From positions 28,612 through 92,611 of the forward strand of contig CAZNIO010000001.1 in the NCBI GenBank assembly GCA_964573135.1: DNA of 64,000 nt. Direction: 5' to 3'. The notes beneath the pieces are model-generated. The model was not told the origin of the DNA. It worked only from the letters and a program-made list of their open reading frames with translations, and made no database searches. Below are positions 39,444 to 49,029 of the stretch, piece after piece; positions within the stretch are counted from its first letter, which is position 1, and the number at the start of each line of letters is the position of its first letter. The translations under genes and the position numbers were made by a program. The DNA comes from an uncultured Gammaproteobacteria bacterium. GTDB lineage: Bacteria; Patescibacteriota; Patescibacteriia; UBA2196; GWA2-42-15.

Positions 39444-40139
39444 TTATTTAACTGACAAATAACTTTTTAATAAAAATAGGGTTTCCTGCTTTAAATTTTC
39501 CCTTGCCCATTCTTTATCTTTATCACTCAAAACCTCGCCCAATCCCTGCAATATGTTCCGCTGATCAATCTTTTCTATAATCCTAATACTCTCCTCTAAT
39601 TGTTCTTTAATATTGTTACCTGTCCAAAATTTAAGAACATCCTCATCAATATCCCAACCATTTTTCGCGAAATAATAAAGGTCATAAATATCTCTCATTG
39701 CAATATTTTTACGCCCTGTCAAGGCTGATAATTTATTAGCAAAAAGTGATTCTTTTTTGGCACTAAGCATTGGAATTCCCAGATATTCCTTTGGCACATA
39801 TTCATTATTATTTTCACGAGTAGAAATTTCTATTTTAATATTATGATCTTCATCACCATAAGATAAAAGGAAAAATATTGTCCATCTTTCAATACATTTT
39901 TCTTTAATTATTCCGAACTCTTTTAATATATTTTCTATTTTTTTAAAAACTAACTCTTTATTCGGTTCACTCGCCTCAATTAAATCAAAATCCAAATCAA
40001 CCGAGAATCTGGGGAGATTATAAAAAAAGTAAGCACAAGTCCCACCCTTAAACCCTAGTAGTGATGAAATTTCAACATCACTATAAATACTTTTTAAAAT
40101 TTGCACCATTATTAATTGATGCTTTTCTCTATTTAGCAT
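39444..40139 (-). CDS. AbiEii/AbiGii-type nucleotidyltransferase toxin (type IV TA / abortive infection)
   Basis: FKGGTCAYFFYNLPRFSVDLDFD matches the GGTAL...RFSEDLDF signature of AbiEii (DUF1814). Confidence 0.65.
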   Translation of the reverse strand: MLNREKHQLIMVQILKSIYSDVEISSLLGFKGGTCAYFFYNLPRFSVDLDFDLIEASEPNKELVFKKIENILKEFGIIKEKCIERWTIFFLLSYGDEDHNIKIEISTRENNNEYVPKEYLGIPMLSAKKESLFANKLSALTGRKNIAMRDIYDLYYFAKNGWDIDEDVLKFWTGNNIKEQLEESIRIIEKIDQRNILQGLGEVLSDKDKEWARENLKQETLFLLKSYLSVK

Positions 40140-40698
40140 ATTTATAATATTTTTTTAATCTGGCCTCTAGCCGCTTGTTTTTATAAATTCTCGCCAATTG
40201 AGCACATTTTTCCCAGTCAATCTTTCTTAAATTATCAAAATGGTAATCTTTAAATAAATAAATCATATCAAGAAATGCACGCTCTTTAGTCGCTTGGCCG
40301 TACCCATTTTTATTCACAACCCCTTGGTTGTTCGCCAAAACTTCATTTTTTAATTTTCTAAATACAAATTTATGCCCCTCACACCTTAATGCCCTTGATA
40401 AATAACTTGCTACAAAAACAGCATTGTGGTGTTGAAATATAACCCCCTCTTCACGAAGTACGGTTTCAAAACTGATATAAGCTGGTGTATAGATACTTGT
40501 TGCGAATTCTTTGGGATTAAAATTTTTATCTTTACAGAATATTCCTTTCCTCAATCTAAATAAATTGCCCGTCTTTACATAATACGAAATTTTAGATTTC
40601 AAATTATCTTTATCTTTTTCTTTCCACAAAAAAGCTATATCCTTCGTCGTTAATACAGTTTTTTTAGATTTATAAAGCTTTAATAATGAATTATCCAC
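40129..40698 (-). CDS. AbiEi-type antitoxin / transcriptional regulator
   Basis: N-terminal ...KTGNLFRLRKGIF (AbiEi_4-like). Lies upstream of the AbiEii gene with an 11-nt overlap. Confidence 0.55.
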   Translation of the reverse strand: MDNSLLKLYKSKKTVLTTKDIAFLWKEKDKDNLKSKISYYVKTGNLFRLRKGIFCKDKNFNPKEFATSIYTPAYISFETVLREEGVIFQHHNAVFVASYLSRALRCEGHKFVFRKLKNEVLANNQGVVNKNGYGQATKERAFLDMIYLFKDYHFDNLRKIDWEKCAQLARIYKNKRLEARLKKYYKYAK

Positions 40699-40854
40699 AA
40701 ATTTAGTATAAAGGTAAGACTTTCTCTTACTTTCATTCTACGCTCCTTATTTTAGACTGTCAACTATGCTCATGGACTTGAACACTGAAATAATGCAAGA
40801 TAACTATCCATCATTGATGTATTAATTTAATAATAGCACATTAAACAAACGCAA

Positions 40855-40933
40855 CAAAAACAAAACCACCCCTTTTCTCAAATAACCTTATATAAAGACT
40901 AGCTGAAAAATGAAGTGGTTTTGATGTTTTTTT
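40855..40933. repeat. Repeat element copy 1: 29-bp core (CAAAAACAAAACCACCCCTTTTCTCAAAT) inside an ~80-bp bidirectional terminator-like hairpin
   Basis: Identical 29-mer at 40855-40883 and 48948-48976. The next ~50 nt are homologous but diverged (…TAAAGA..AGCT..AAAAT.GAAGTGGTT..G.TGTTTTTTTAT). AAAACCAC...GTGGTTTT pairing with flanking T/A runs. Confidence 0.7.
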
Positions 40934-41177
40934 ATATTAAATTTGTTTGTTTTTTGTTTTAGTTATGGACGGGATGCGAAGGCCTGTTTAATGTTGGGTT
41001 ACAATAACCCGATCGAGGAAAAATTTATAGATAATTGCCTCCGCATTCCGTCCTGGTGATCATTAAACATGTCAAACATTAGCACATTTAAAAAATTTGT
41101 CGATAACCCAAAAAACCAAGACACTTCTGCCCTAGCCTCCTATACCTATTAATTAGTTTTAGTAATGTAATATAAAA

Positions 41178-43607
41178 TCAAGCCGCCACCCTATGAACAT
41201 GCTGACTCAATCCGCGTGTCTTTCCTCTGGGGCTTGAATACCCATCATTAGCCCGAACTCTTTCTCTTTTGCCTTTTAGCATCTCTCCGAGCTCATCTGC
41301 CAACCGCCTCACAGCTCCACCAGTTAAATCTTCAATATCTAAATTTTTAACATCAACTATGCCAGACGTAATTGTGCCAAACTTTTCACACTCTTGACTG
41401 CTTCTTCTGGGATCATTCCTCCTAATATATTCTTTAATATGATTATATAAACTATCGGTACTTGGCTCATCTTCACCCTGCTGAGCAAAAGATATTTCAT
41501 ACGACTTCAAATATTCATCAATTTCGACCTTAAGTTCTTTATTAATCTCCTGCATTATCCTAATCGCAGTACTTTCATCTATGCCAGAAAAAGTAATCAC
41601 AAATTCCTCTCCACCAGTCATCCTGACCAATTCCGGCTTACTATTATCAGACGAATAACTAATACCACATTTTTCTCTAATATATTCTTCATCATTCAAT
41701 TTATCTTGAATAAATTGTGTTGTTTTTAATAAAACAATATCACCCATAATATGCCCGCCAACATTATTTACTGCACGTAAATTATCAAAATCCAATGCAC
41801 ACACAGAAAAACTCTGTTTTTTCTCTAAGTTCTCCTCTTTCTTATTTTCCCTAATAACATTATTAATTTTAGGTACTATAATCTCATCGAAATAATAGCC
41901 ATTTTTAACGCTTGTCAAAGATTCAACATATAACCTTTGCTGGATATTAAAACACTCTTCCTTCAGGCGAATCAATAATTCATCTATTTTCTGTTTATCC
42001 GCGCCGCTCTTCTCAATATATCTCCTAGCCAATCTTTCCGCTAATCTTATCTTTCTTTTATATACGTCATTAATTAATACCGCCTCTCCCTCTTCATCTC
42101 TAGCTACTAACTCTGACTGTCTTTTTGTTTCTTTAAAAATCTCCTGAAAATCAGCCACAAAACGCGGATCGCCCTTTATCCCCTCTCTTGCTCCTTCAAT
42201 TTCATTGCTGGGTATTTCCTTATCCAGATTATCGGGATCAAAATAGCCTACGCTATTCTTCTGATATATTTTCTGCTCTTCTTGTATTACATTGGCTTGA
42301 TTTAAAAACCTAGCTGCTCTTTCTCGATAGAGACCATCTATCAGGCTGTATAGCTGGTCTCTATCTTCTTCAAGCAACCCTTTGCCCACCTTCTCCTCAC
42401 CATATTTCAATATCTTACGTCGAAAATCATAATAGGTTATTTTTTCATTAAATACAATTCCATCGTCCTGCATTTGCGTACAATCAGAAAAAACATCATG
42501 GAGTATTACTTTTGAAACAAATTCTTTTTCACCATTCACCCGCTGATATATAAGCGACAAATCTCTTTCATTGAGATAACTCTTATCTTTACCACCCTTA
42601 AAATCCACCGTTAATGCTCCAAGTGTTATCGTGCCATTCTCCAATTTAAATCTCCCCCTATATTCACCTAAAATTTGAAGAACCTCATCGTCTTGCATGC
42701 TATCAATTCGCTGTTTGGCTTGGGGATGAGGCGGGTCAAGCAATACTTTCAACATCTCAGCAATCTTTCGCTCATCAATAATACCAGCGTCAAATAACTC
42801 TTTAACGGCCTTTTGTGCTTCTTCATTATTCTTAAATTGATCCTCAAGGGCGTCAGCCCTTTCCTCAAGAGTTATCCAATTAAGCTCATTTCTAACATCA
42901 AAATCTTCTTCAACTTCAGTATCGCGAAGTTTTGCGTCATCTTCATACATTTGATTAAATTCATCAAACATCTTATTTACTGCAATTTTAACTTGTTCTC
43001 TTACGCTATTAGCGTAAGAGCTGGTAGTCCCTTCACCCCCGAATTCTTTAGGATAAGTTGCCATGCTCAATTCTTCCCCGCCTACCCTCATACTATTCTC
43101 TGCATTAGCCAGCAGCTTATCAGCCACCACTAAAAGCTCCCAATTGCCAAACTCATGTCCAACCGCGTTATTCGAAGACTGGAAATAGTCAATATCTGTA
43201 TTAATAAAACTCAATCCATTTTCCTCTTCAGCGTCTTTTATCATACGCGCAGTAGAATAAAGACCGGCTTCACGCGTGTAAAGTCGAGTCAACTTATTAT
43301 CCCTATCCGCTACTTTATTCAATTTCTCTAATAGTGAAGTCAAAAGAACCTCACCCTGGTTATCACCATCTTCCAAATTCCAATTCTCAAAAACTTCCTT
43401 TATATCATTCTCCCCAGGTTCTTCAAGCCCATATTTAATTGCTATTTCTTTTCTTAAATTATCCACTTTTTGATTAATCTTTGTTTTCAATTCCTGGCTA
43501 ATTTCCATAGAAGTTTCGCGAGCACTAAAACCACACTTCTCTAATTGGCCTAGAGTTATAGGTTTCTCTTCATCAATTATCTCTTTTCTTTCTCTTATTC
43601 CTTCCAT
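41178..43607 (-). CDS. Large soluble protein with two GGDEF-like (nucleotide cyclase / palm) domains
   Basis: C-terminal domain: ALDFDNLRAVNNVGGHIMGDIVL...RMTGGEEFVITF (DxD...N..GH..GD...R.GGEEF). N-terminal degenerate copy: TDIDYFQSSNNAVGHEFGN...RVGGEELSMA. No TM segments and no recognisable sensor domain. 809 aa. Confidence 0.6.
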   Translation of the reverse strand: MEGIRERKEIIDEEKPITLGQLEKCGFSARETSMEISQELKTKINQKVDNLRKEIAIKYGLEEPGENDIKEVFENWNLEDGDNQGEVLLTSLLEKLNKVADRDNKLTRLYTREAGLYSTARMIKDAEEENGLSFINTDIDYFQSSNNAVGHEFGNWELLVVADKLLANAENSMRVGGEELSMATYPKEFGGEGTTSSYANSVREQVKIAVNKMFDEFNQMYEDDAKLRDTEVEEDFDVRNELNWITLEERADALEDQFKNNEEAQKAVKELFDAGIIDERKIAEMLKVLLDPPHPQAKQRIDSMQDDEVLQILGEYRGRFKLENGTITLGALTVDFKGGKDKSYLNERDLSLIYQRVNGEKEFVSKVILHDVFSDCTQMQDDGIVFNEKITYYDFRRKILKYGEEKVGKGLLEEDRDQLYSLIDGLYRERAARFLNQANVIQEEQKIYQKNSVGYFDPDNLDKEIPSNEIEGAREGIKGDPRFVADFQEIFKETKRQSELVARDEEGEAVLINDVYKRKIRLAERLARRYIEKSGADKQKIDELLIRLKEECFNIQQRLYVESLTSVKNGYYFDEIIVPKINNVIRENKKEENLEKKQSFSVCALDFDNLRAVNNVGGHIMGDIVLLKTTQFIQDKLNDEEYIREKCGISYSSDNSKPELVRMTGGEEFVITFSGIDESTAIRIMQEINKELKVEIDEYLKSYEISFAQQGEDEPSTDSLYNHIKEYIRRNDPRRSSQECEKFGTITSGIVDVKNLDIEDLTGGAVRRLADELGEMLKGKRERVRANDGYSSPRGKTRGLSQHVHRVAA

Positions 43608-43846
43608 AACACCAACTAATTATCTGATAAAACCAACTTTTCCACCAATTGCCAAAAACCAGCCTCATCCATTTGCATAAGGCTATCCTTATCATCAATC
43701 TTCTCTGTTTCTTCAACTAATATTTGCAATAGTTCTTCATTACTCATGCGTTAATAGTAGCACATTAACCAAGTCTGACAATTTATTGGTGGCTTATTAA
43801 CACTGCTACCAAGCAGGATAATTATTGCGCTTAAAATTATAATAAA

Positions 43847-46800
43847 TTATTCAAACAACCCCTTAATATCATCCCATGTCAATTTGGTAAACAAATCCTT
43901 ACTCTCACCAACAAGACGATCAAAAAGAAGTTTCTTTTTTTCTTGAAGTTTTACAATCTTTTCTTCAATGGTTCCTTTGGTTATCAAGCGATAAACATTT
44001 ACCGAATTCTTTTGGCCAATTCGGTGAGTACGATCTATGGCTTGATTTTCAACACTTGGATTCCACCAGGGATCAAAAATAATTACAGTGTCAGCTGAAG
44101 TTAAATTTATGCCTGTTCCACCAGCTTTTAAACTAATTAAAAAAACCTTTAGGTTGTTATTTTCATTAAAATCATCAATCAACTCCTGCCTGTTCCTTGT
44201 TTTACCAGATAAATAGTGATAATTAATCTTCTTTTTATCCAATTCCTTACCCAAAATATCAAGCATTTTCGTGAACTGGCTAAATACTAAAACTTTTCTT
44301 TTGTTTTCAATAATTTCGTCAATTAGCTCCAAAAACATATTTAATTTTGATGATTCGTATTTTGTATAATCATCATCTTTTAACAACAGAACAGGATGAT
44401 TGCAAACCTGTCTTAATTTTGTCAATCCAGCTAAAATATGAATTCGTGATTTATTAAAGCCTTTTGTTTTTACAGTTTCAAAAATTTCTGATTTTACATT
44501 TGCTAAAATTTCCTGATAAAGAATATTCTGTCCTTTGCCTAAATGACAGTGGCTCATTTGCTCCACTTTTGGCGGAAGTTCTTTTAGCACCTCGGATTTT
44601 GTACGGCGCAACATAAAACATTCAATTTTTTTACGCAAATTATCAAGAGCAAGCTTGTTATTGTGTTGCATAATCGGTTTTTCGAACTTCTTGGCAAACA
44701 ACCGATATGATCCCAAAAATCCCGGCATTAAAAAATCAAAAATAGACCAAATTTCTGATACGCTATTCTCAAGCGGCGTGCCAGTCAAAGCCAAACGATA
44801 ATCAGCATTAACTTTTTTTACTACTTGCGCATTCTTTGTGATATGATTTTTAATAAACTGTGCCTCATCTAAAACACAATAATTAAATTTAATTTTTTGT
44901 TTTTCATAAATTGCACTATCTTTTTTTATGGTTGCATAACCCGTAATGATTAAATCATAATTTTTTATTTTTTTTATTATCTTCTCTCGCTCTAATGGAT
45001 TTCCATCAATCACAATCGTTTTTAATTTTGGAACAAACTTTTCTGCTTCATTCTGCCAATTATAAAGCAATGTTTTTGGGCAAATGACAATTGACGGATT
45101 GCCCTTAACTTTTTCTTTTTCCAATAAAACCAAGGCCTGCAAAGTTTTACCAAGACCCATATCATCAGCCAAAATTCCGGCAAATCTATATTTGCGCAAA
45201 AAATAAAGCCAGTCAACTCCCTCCTTCTGATAATCACGCATAATTCTGTCAAGCTTTGCGGGCAACTTAATTTTTTTAACCGACTTGCCGTTTTGTGCTT
45301 CTTTTATAAAATTATTAAAACTTTTCTGTACCTTGGCATTATAATATTCAGATTTTGTAAAAACATTTTCAAGTTCCGGTGCATGGTATAATTTACCTTC
45401 AAATCCACCCTTTTCCCGTGCGTAAAAACTTTCAAGCATTAAAACAAACCTCTCCAGCTCTTCTAAATTTGTAATTTTAAGCATCCGTCCGTCATCCATT
45501 TTTATAAATTCTTTTTTATCCTCAACATATTTTCTCAAGTCTTCCAGCCTAATTTTTTCGTCCCCACAATAGCAACTAACATCAAAACCAAGCCAATCAT
45601 TTTCAGCATTCAAGTCCACATCAAAATCAGCCTTAAAATTTGCTACAGTAAAACTAAATTTATCACCAATGAATTCAATTTTATAATTTTTCTTATTAGC
45701 GAATTTTTCCAAATTGTCCCAATGCTTTGTAAAATATTTGAATATCTCTTTTTCTCCTTCCAGCTTACACTCAACTCTTTTTTTAAATCCATAATCTTTG
45801 TGAAAAAAATAAAAATGCTTATAAATCTCTATTTCTTTTTTCTCATCCACCAATCCATAACTAATATTCTTTTTACTTATGCCAATAACATATTTATCCA
45901 ATCCAGTCCTGCTAAAAGTATCCATACCCATATTGCGGTAACGGTTGACTGACTGACCCACATTTATTTTTTTAAACCCATAATCAACGCCTGCCTGAAT
46001 TTCCAACAAATCTTTTTTACTATCATAATCCACCACTACACAAGGTTTTGCTTCTGTAAATTCTTCAATTTCAAAATTTTGCGTTAAATCAGTTTGAAAA
46101 TCAAAACATTTATGACAATCTTCAATAATTTTATTTAATTCAAGAATCTCTTCCTGCTCAAGCATTGTTTTAAAATATCTTTCATTTCCAAAATGATAAC
46201 CCGTTCTAATTAAATCTATGCGTGACAATATTTTAACCAATGGATTAGTCAACTGATAAAAACCGATAGATTTGTCTTCAATCTTTATAAAGCCATCGCT
46301 GTAAAATAAAAATACCAATGGATCAACTTTTTTGTACTTGTCATCAAGTTCAAAAACAAATTCCTTCTTCAGTCTTTCGTTAAACTCATATTTTACATCC
46401 TCCAATTTTAACAAAATTTTAATTTTGTTGTCATCGGCTACCGGAGAAAATGTCAACAAATTATCAGCAGTGTGCCTGTTCCAATATATTTTCAACTTTG
46501 AATTTCGCAAAATATTAAATAATTTTTTATAATCAATATCGCCGTGATAAACAAAAGATAATTTTCGTAAAAACTTAAACAATTCTTTATGTGGCCCATC
46601 CAAATCATATTGCCTGAGCATCACGCTGGGATCCGTCTCGGATCCGCTATTTTTTTTCACTCGAATATCGGAAAGAGTATTTTTCCCATATCCATCTTCT
46701 AAAATAACATAATAGCTATCCGGGTTAAATCGTTTCTTTTTTATTGGGCTACATTGCGATGTCTCTAAACCATTACGAACATCCACCCCTTTGGCGGCCA

Positions 46801-47374
46801 AAGCTTTGATTAATCCATCTACGACCCCGTCAGGCGCATCTCCAATATCAAGCATACTTTTAAATTCATCCAAAAGTTCTTCTTTGGTTCTATTCTGTCT
46901 ATAATCATCTATTTCTTCAAACTCGCCTTCAACAATATCATCATCAAATTTAACTTTTCTCAATACTTTATCTCCTCCGTAATTTTCAGCTTTAACTTGG
47001 CTATTAATCCAATGAATCAAATCATTTCTTATTGTAGCTCTTCTTAAAACAGAATTATCCATAAACTCTATATAAAAATCTATAAACTCCAATCCAACAG
47101 CTGCGATATGCTTGCAAGCGTCGCCATAAGGACAATCACAATCCATTTTTCTAAAACTATTTTTTTTAAAATCAAAAAACAGACTAGTTGAATAATCATC
47201 ACTGCCTGCAACTTCACTGCGAATCTCAATTTCACTGTCAATCTCGGATGGAAAAACTTTTAAACTCAAAACATTGCCTGAATGATAATATCCGACTCCG
47301 CGACTAAATATATGAGATTCAAAATTTAATTTTAAATTGTTTTTTAACGACTTTTCACTAATTATATGAAACAT
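43847..47374 (-). CDS. SNF2-family helicase with an N-terminal SWIM zinc finger
   Basis: SWIM: CDCPYGDACKHIAAVGL. SNF2 ATPase motifs: GLGKT (motif I), DEAQFIKN (motif II), LTGTPLENS, and the helicase-C GGTGINLTSADTVIIFDPWWNP...QAIDRTHRIGQ. 1175 aa. Confidence 0.8.
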   Translation of the reverse strand: MFHIISEKSLKNNLKLNFESHIFSRGVGYYHSGNVLSLKVFPSEIDSEIEIRSEVAGSDDYSTSLFFDFKKNSFRKMDCDCPYGDACKHIAAVGLEFIDFYIEFMDNSVLRRATIRNDLIHWINSQVKAENYGGDKVLRKVKFDDDIVEGEFEEIDDYRQNRTKEELLDEFKSMLDIGDAPDGVVDGLIKALAAKGVDVRNGLETSQCSPIKKKRFNPDSYYVILEDGYGKNTLSDIRVKKNSGSETDPSVMLRQYDLDGPHKELFKFLRKLSFVYHGDIDYKKLFNILRNSKLKIYWNRHTADNLLTFSPVADDNKIKILLKLEDVKYEFNERLKKEFVFELDDKYKKVDPLVFLFYSDGFIKIEDKSIGFYQLTNPLVKILSRIDLIRTGYHFGNERYFKTMLEQEEILELNKIIEDCHKCFDFQTDLTQNFEIEEFTEAKPCVVVDYDSKKDLLEIQAGVDYGFKKINVGQSVNRYRNMGMDTFSRTGLDKYVIGISKKNISYGLVDEKKEIEIYKHFYFFHKDYGFKKRVECKLEGEKEIFKYFTKHWDNLEKFANKKNYKIEFIGDKFSFTVANFKADFDVDLNAENDWLGFDVSCYCGDEKIRLEDLRKYVEDKKEFIKMDDGRMLKITNLEELERFVLMLESFYAREKGGFEGKLYHAPELENVFTKSEYYNAKVQKSFNNFIKEAQNGKSVKKIKLPAKLDRIMRDYQKEGVDWLYFLRKYRFAGILADDMGLGKTLQALVLLEKEKVKGNPSIVICPKTLLYNWQNEAEKFVPKLKTIVIDGNPLEREKIIKKIKNYDLIITGYATIKKDSAIYEKQKIKFNYCVLDEAQFIKNHITKNAQVVKKVNADYRLALTGTPLENSVSEIWSIFDFLMPGFLGSYRLFAKKFEKPIMQHNNKLALDNLRKKIECFMLRRTKSEVLKELPPKVEQMSHCHLGKGQNILYQEILANVKSEIFETVKTKGFNKSRIHILAGLTKLRQVCNHPVLLLKDDDYTKYESSKLNMFLELIDEIIENKRKVLVFSQFTKMLDILGKELDKKKINYHYLSGKTRNRQELIDDFNENNNLKVFLISLKAGGTGINLTSADTVIIFDPWWNPSVENQAIDRTHRIGQKNSVNVYRLITKGTIEEKIVKLQEKKKLLFDRLVGESKDLFTKLTWDDIKGLFE

Positions 47375-47416
47375 TGTATCTGCTAGACAAGTCTATAAAT
47401 TAAGATTGTGCTAGGC

Positions 47417-48649
47417 TTATATATAACGATAATCTATATACTTAATTAAATTATCCTGATAATTAAAATCCAAGTTAACAACCATAGTTTTTTTAATATT
47501 GCCCTCTCTCTCAATAAAATTTTGTAAAATCCTAGTGTCAATTGGCTTAATAAGCTTTTTGTATTTAGCTTCCACTAATATAATTTTTGCTTTTTCTTCA
47601 ATAATAAAATCAATTTCTGTTTTATTAATAGTACGATAAAAAAATATTTTATTTTTTGCTTTATTCTTTAACTCCAAAAAAACAAAATTCTCAAATATAC
47701 TACCTGCGTCTTGCCTGCTTGTCAAATCCAAAAAATTTCCTAAAATGGCATTGCGAATTCCTAAGTCAAAAAAATAGATTTTAGGCATTTTGGTGACTTG
47801 CGCCCTTATGTTTTTTCTAAAAGGCAGAACTTTGTCTAAAACAAAAGTGAATTCTAAAAGATCTAGATATTTTTCCGTGTCTCTGCGCGAAATTCCGATT
47901 GTATTGCTTAATTCATTAACATTTAATAAATTTCCGATCTGAGAAGCTAAAAGTTTCATCAAACCGTTAAAATGAGCAATATTTTCAATTTTACCAATGG
48001 CCCTGATATCTTTATTAATATAAGTTCCAACATATTCATCCAACATTTTTTCCTTTAACGTTTTATTTTTTTGCAAAGCTATTGCAGGCATTCCCCCGTA
48101 AACCAAATATTCACTTAAATTATTGTCAAAATTTCTTCTGATATCCAGCGGCAAATCTTGCTTTTTAAAATAATTTAAATAAGGAAAATTTTTAAAAATC
48201 AAAAATTCTTCAAAATCCAAAGGATTAACTGAAAATGAAACCTTGCGTCCGGCTAAAGAATCCTGAAACTTTGCTTTTAATTCCAAGCTAGACGATCCTG
48301 TAGTAATAATCTTTATTTTCCCGGCGTACTTATCGTAAAGGTGTTTTAAAAAATTAGACGGGTTGTCTAAATACTGAATTTCATCTATAAGAAAAAAACT
48401 TTTTTCCTTTGGCTTAATAACATATCTGAAAATATTTTCAGGATCATCATTCAAGGTGTCTAACACTTTCATTTCTTCCAGATTAAGATAAAAAATTTGT
48501 TCTTTTTTAATTTTTTTACGGATCAGTTCTTCCTCTATTAATTTCAAAAGGGATGTTTTGCCAACTTGCCTGGGGCCGTTTAAAATAATGATTTCTTTTT
48601 CAAAAAGCCAATTTTTAAGTTCTTTTATTATTTTTCGAGGATAAAGCAT
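47417..48649 (-). CDS. AAA-type ATPase, DUF4143 family
   Basis: Walker A ILNGPRQVGKTSLLK, Walker B FLIDEIQY, then a DUF4143-like C-terminal region. 410 aa. Confidence 0.65.
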   Translation of the reverse strand: MLYPRKIIKELKNWLFEKEIIILNGPRQVGKTSLLKLIEEELIRKKIKKEQIFYLNLEEMKVLDTLNDDPENIFRYVIKPKEKSFFLIDEIQYLDNPSNFLKHLYDKYAGKIKIITTGSSSLELKAKFQDSLAGRKVSFSVNPLDFEEFLIFKNFPYLNYFKKQDLPLDIRRNFDNNLSEYLVYGGMPAIALQKNKTLKEKMLDEYVGTYINKDIRAIGKIENIAHFNGLMKLLASQIGNLLNVNELSNTIGISRRDTEKYLDLLEFTFVLDKVLPFRKNIRAQVTKMPKIYFFDLGIRNAILGNFLDLTSRQDAGSIFENFVFLELKNKAKNKIFFYRTINKTEIDFIIEEKAKIILVEAKYKKLIKPIDTRILQNFIEREGNIKKTMVVNLDFNYQDNLIKYIDYRYI

Positions 48650-48947
48650 ATTTTTATAGTTTAATCTATTAGAATAAAATGTTAAAACTTATACAATAAT
48701 TTTAACACTTTATGTTAAAATTATCAATATCTTCTAAAAATAATTATCACTCGGCTATTCCAATAATCCAAATCCCTGCTTTCGCTCATATTAAAATACC
48801 AGCCAAGTCCCAAAAATTAGGCTAAAACTAGCAAACTCCATATTCCCGCTGATCGCTGGCTCAGTGGTCTCATCAGAGCCACAAAGCCAATAAAACAAGA
48901 TTAATAAATCCATAAATTCGTATAAGCTCCTTATAATTTACCGTCAG

Positions 48948-49029
48948 CAAAAACAAAACCACCCCTTTTCTCAAATGATCTTTTCGTAAAGATCAGCTAA
49001 GAAAATTGGAGTGGTTCTGGTGTTTTTTT
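48948..49029. repeat. Repeat element copy 2 (same 29-bp core and terminator-like hairpin as 40855-40933)
   Basis: See copy 1. AAAACCACCCC...GGAGTGGTT pairing followed by TTTTTTT. Confidence 0.7.

Noticed and set aside
40855-49029. Integrative mobile element / prophage interpretation of the repeat-flanked cassette
   Set aside because: No integrase, recombinase, transposase or tRNA/tmRNA target was recognised within or next to it. It is kept only as a hypothesis in the findings and not annotated as a mobile_element.
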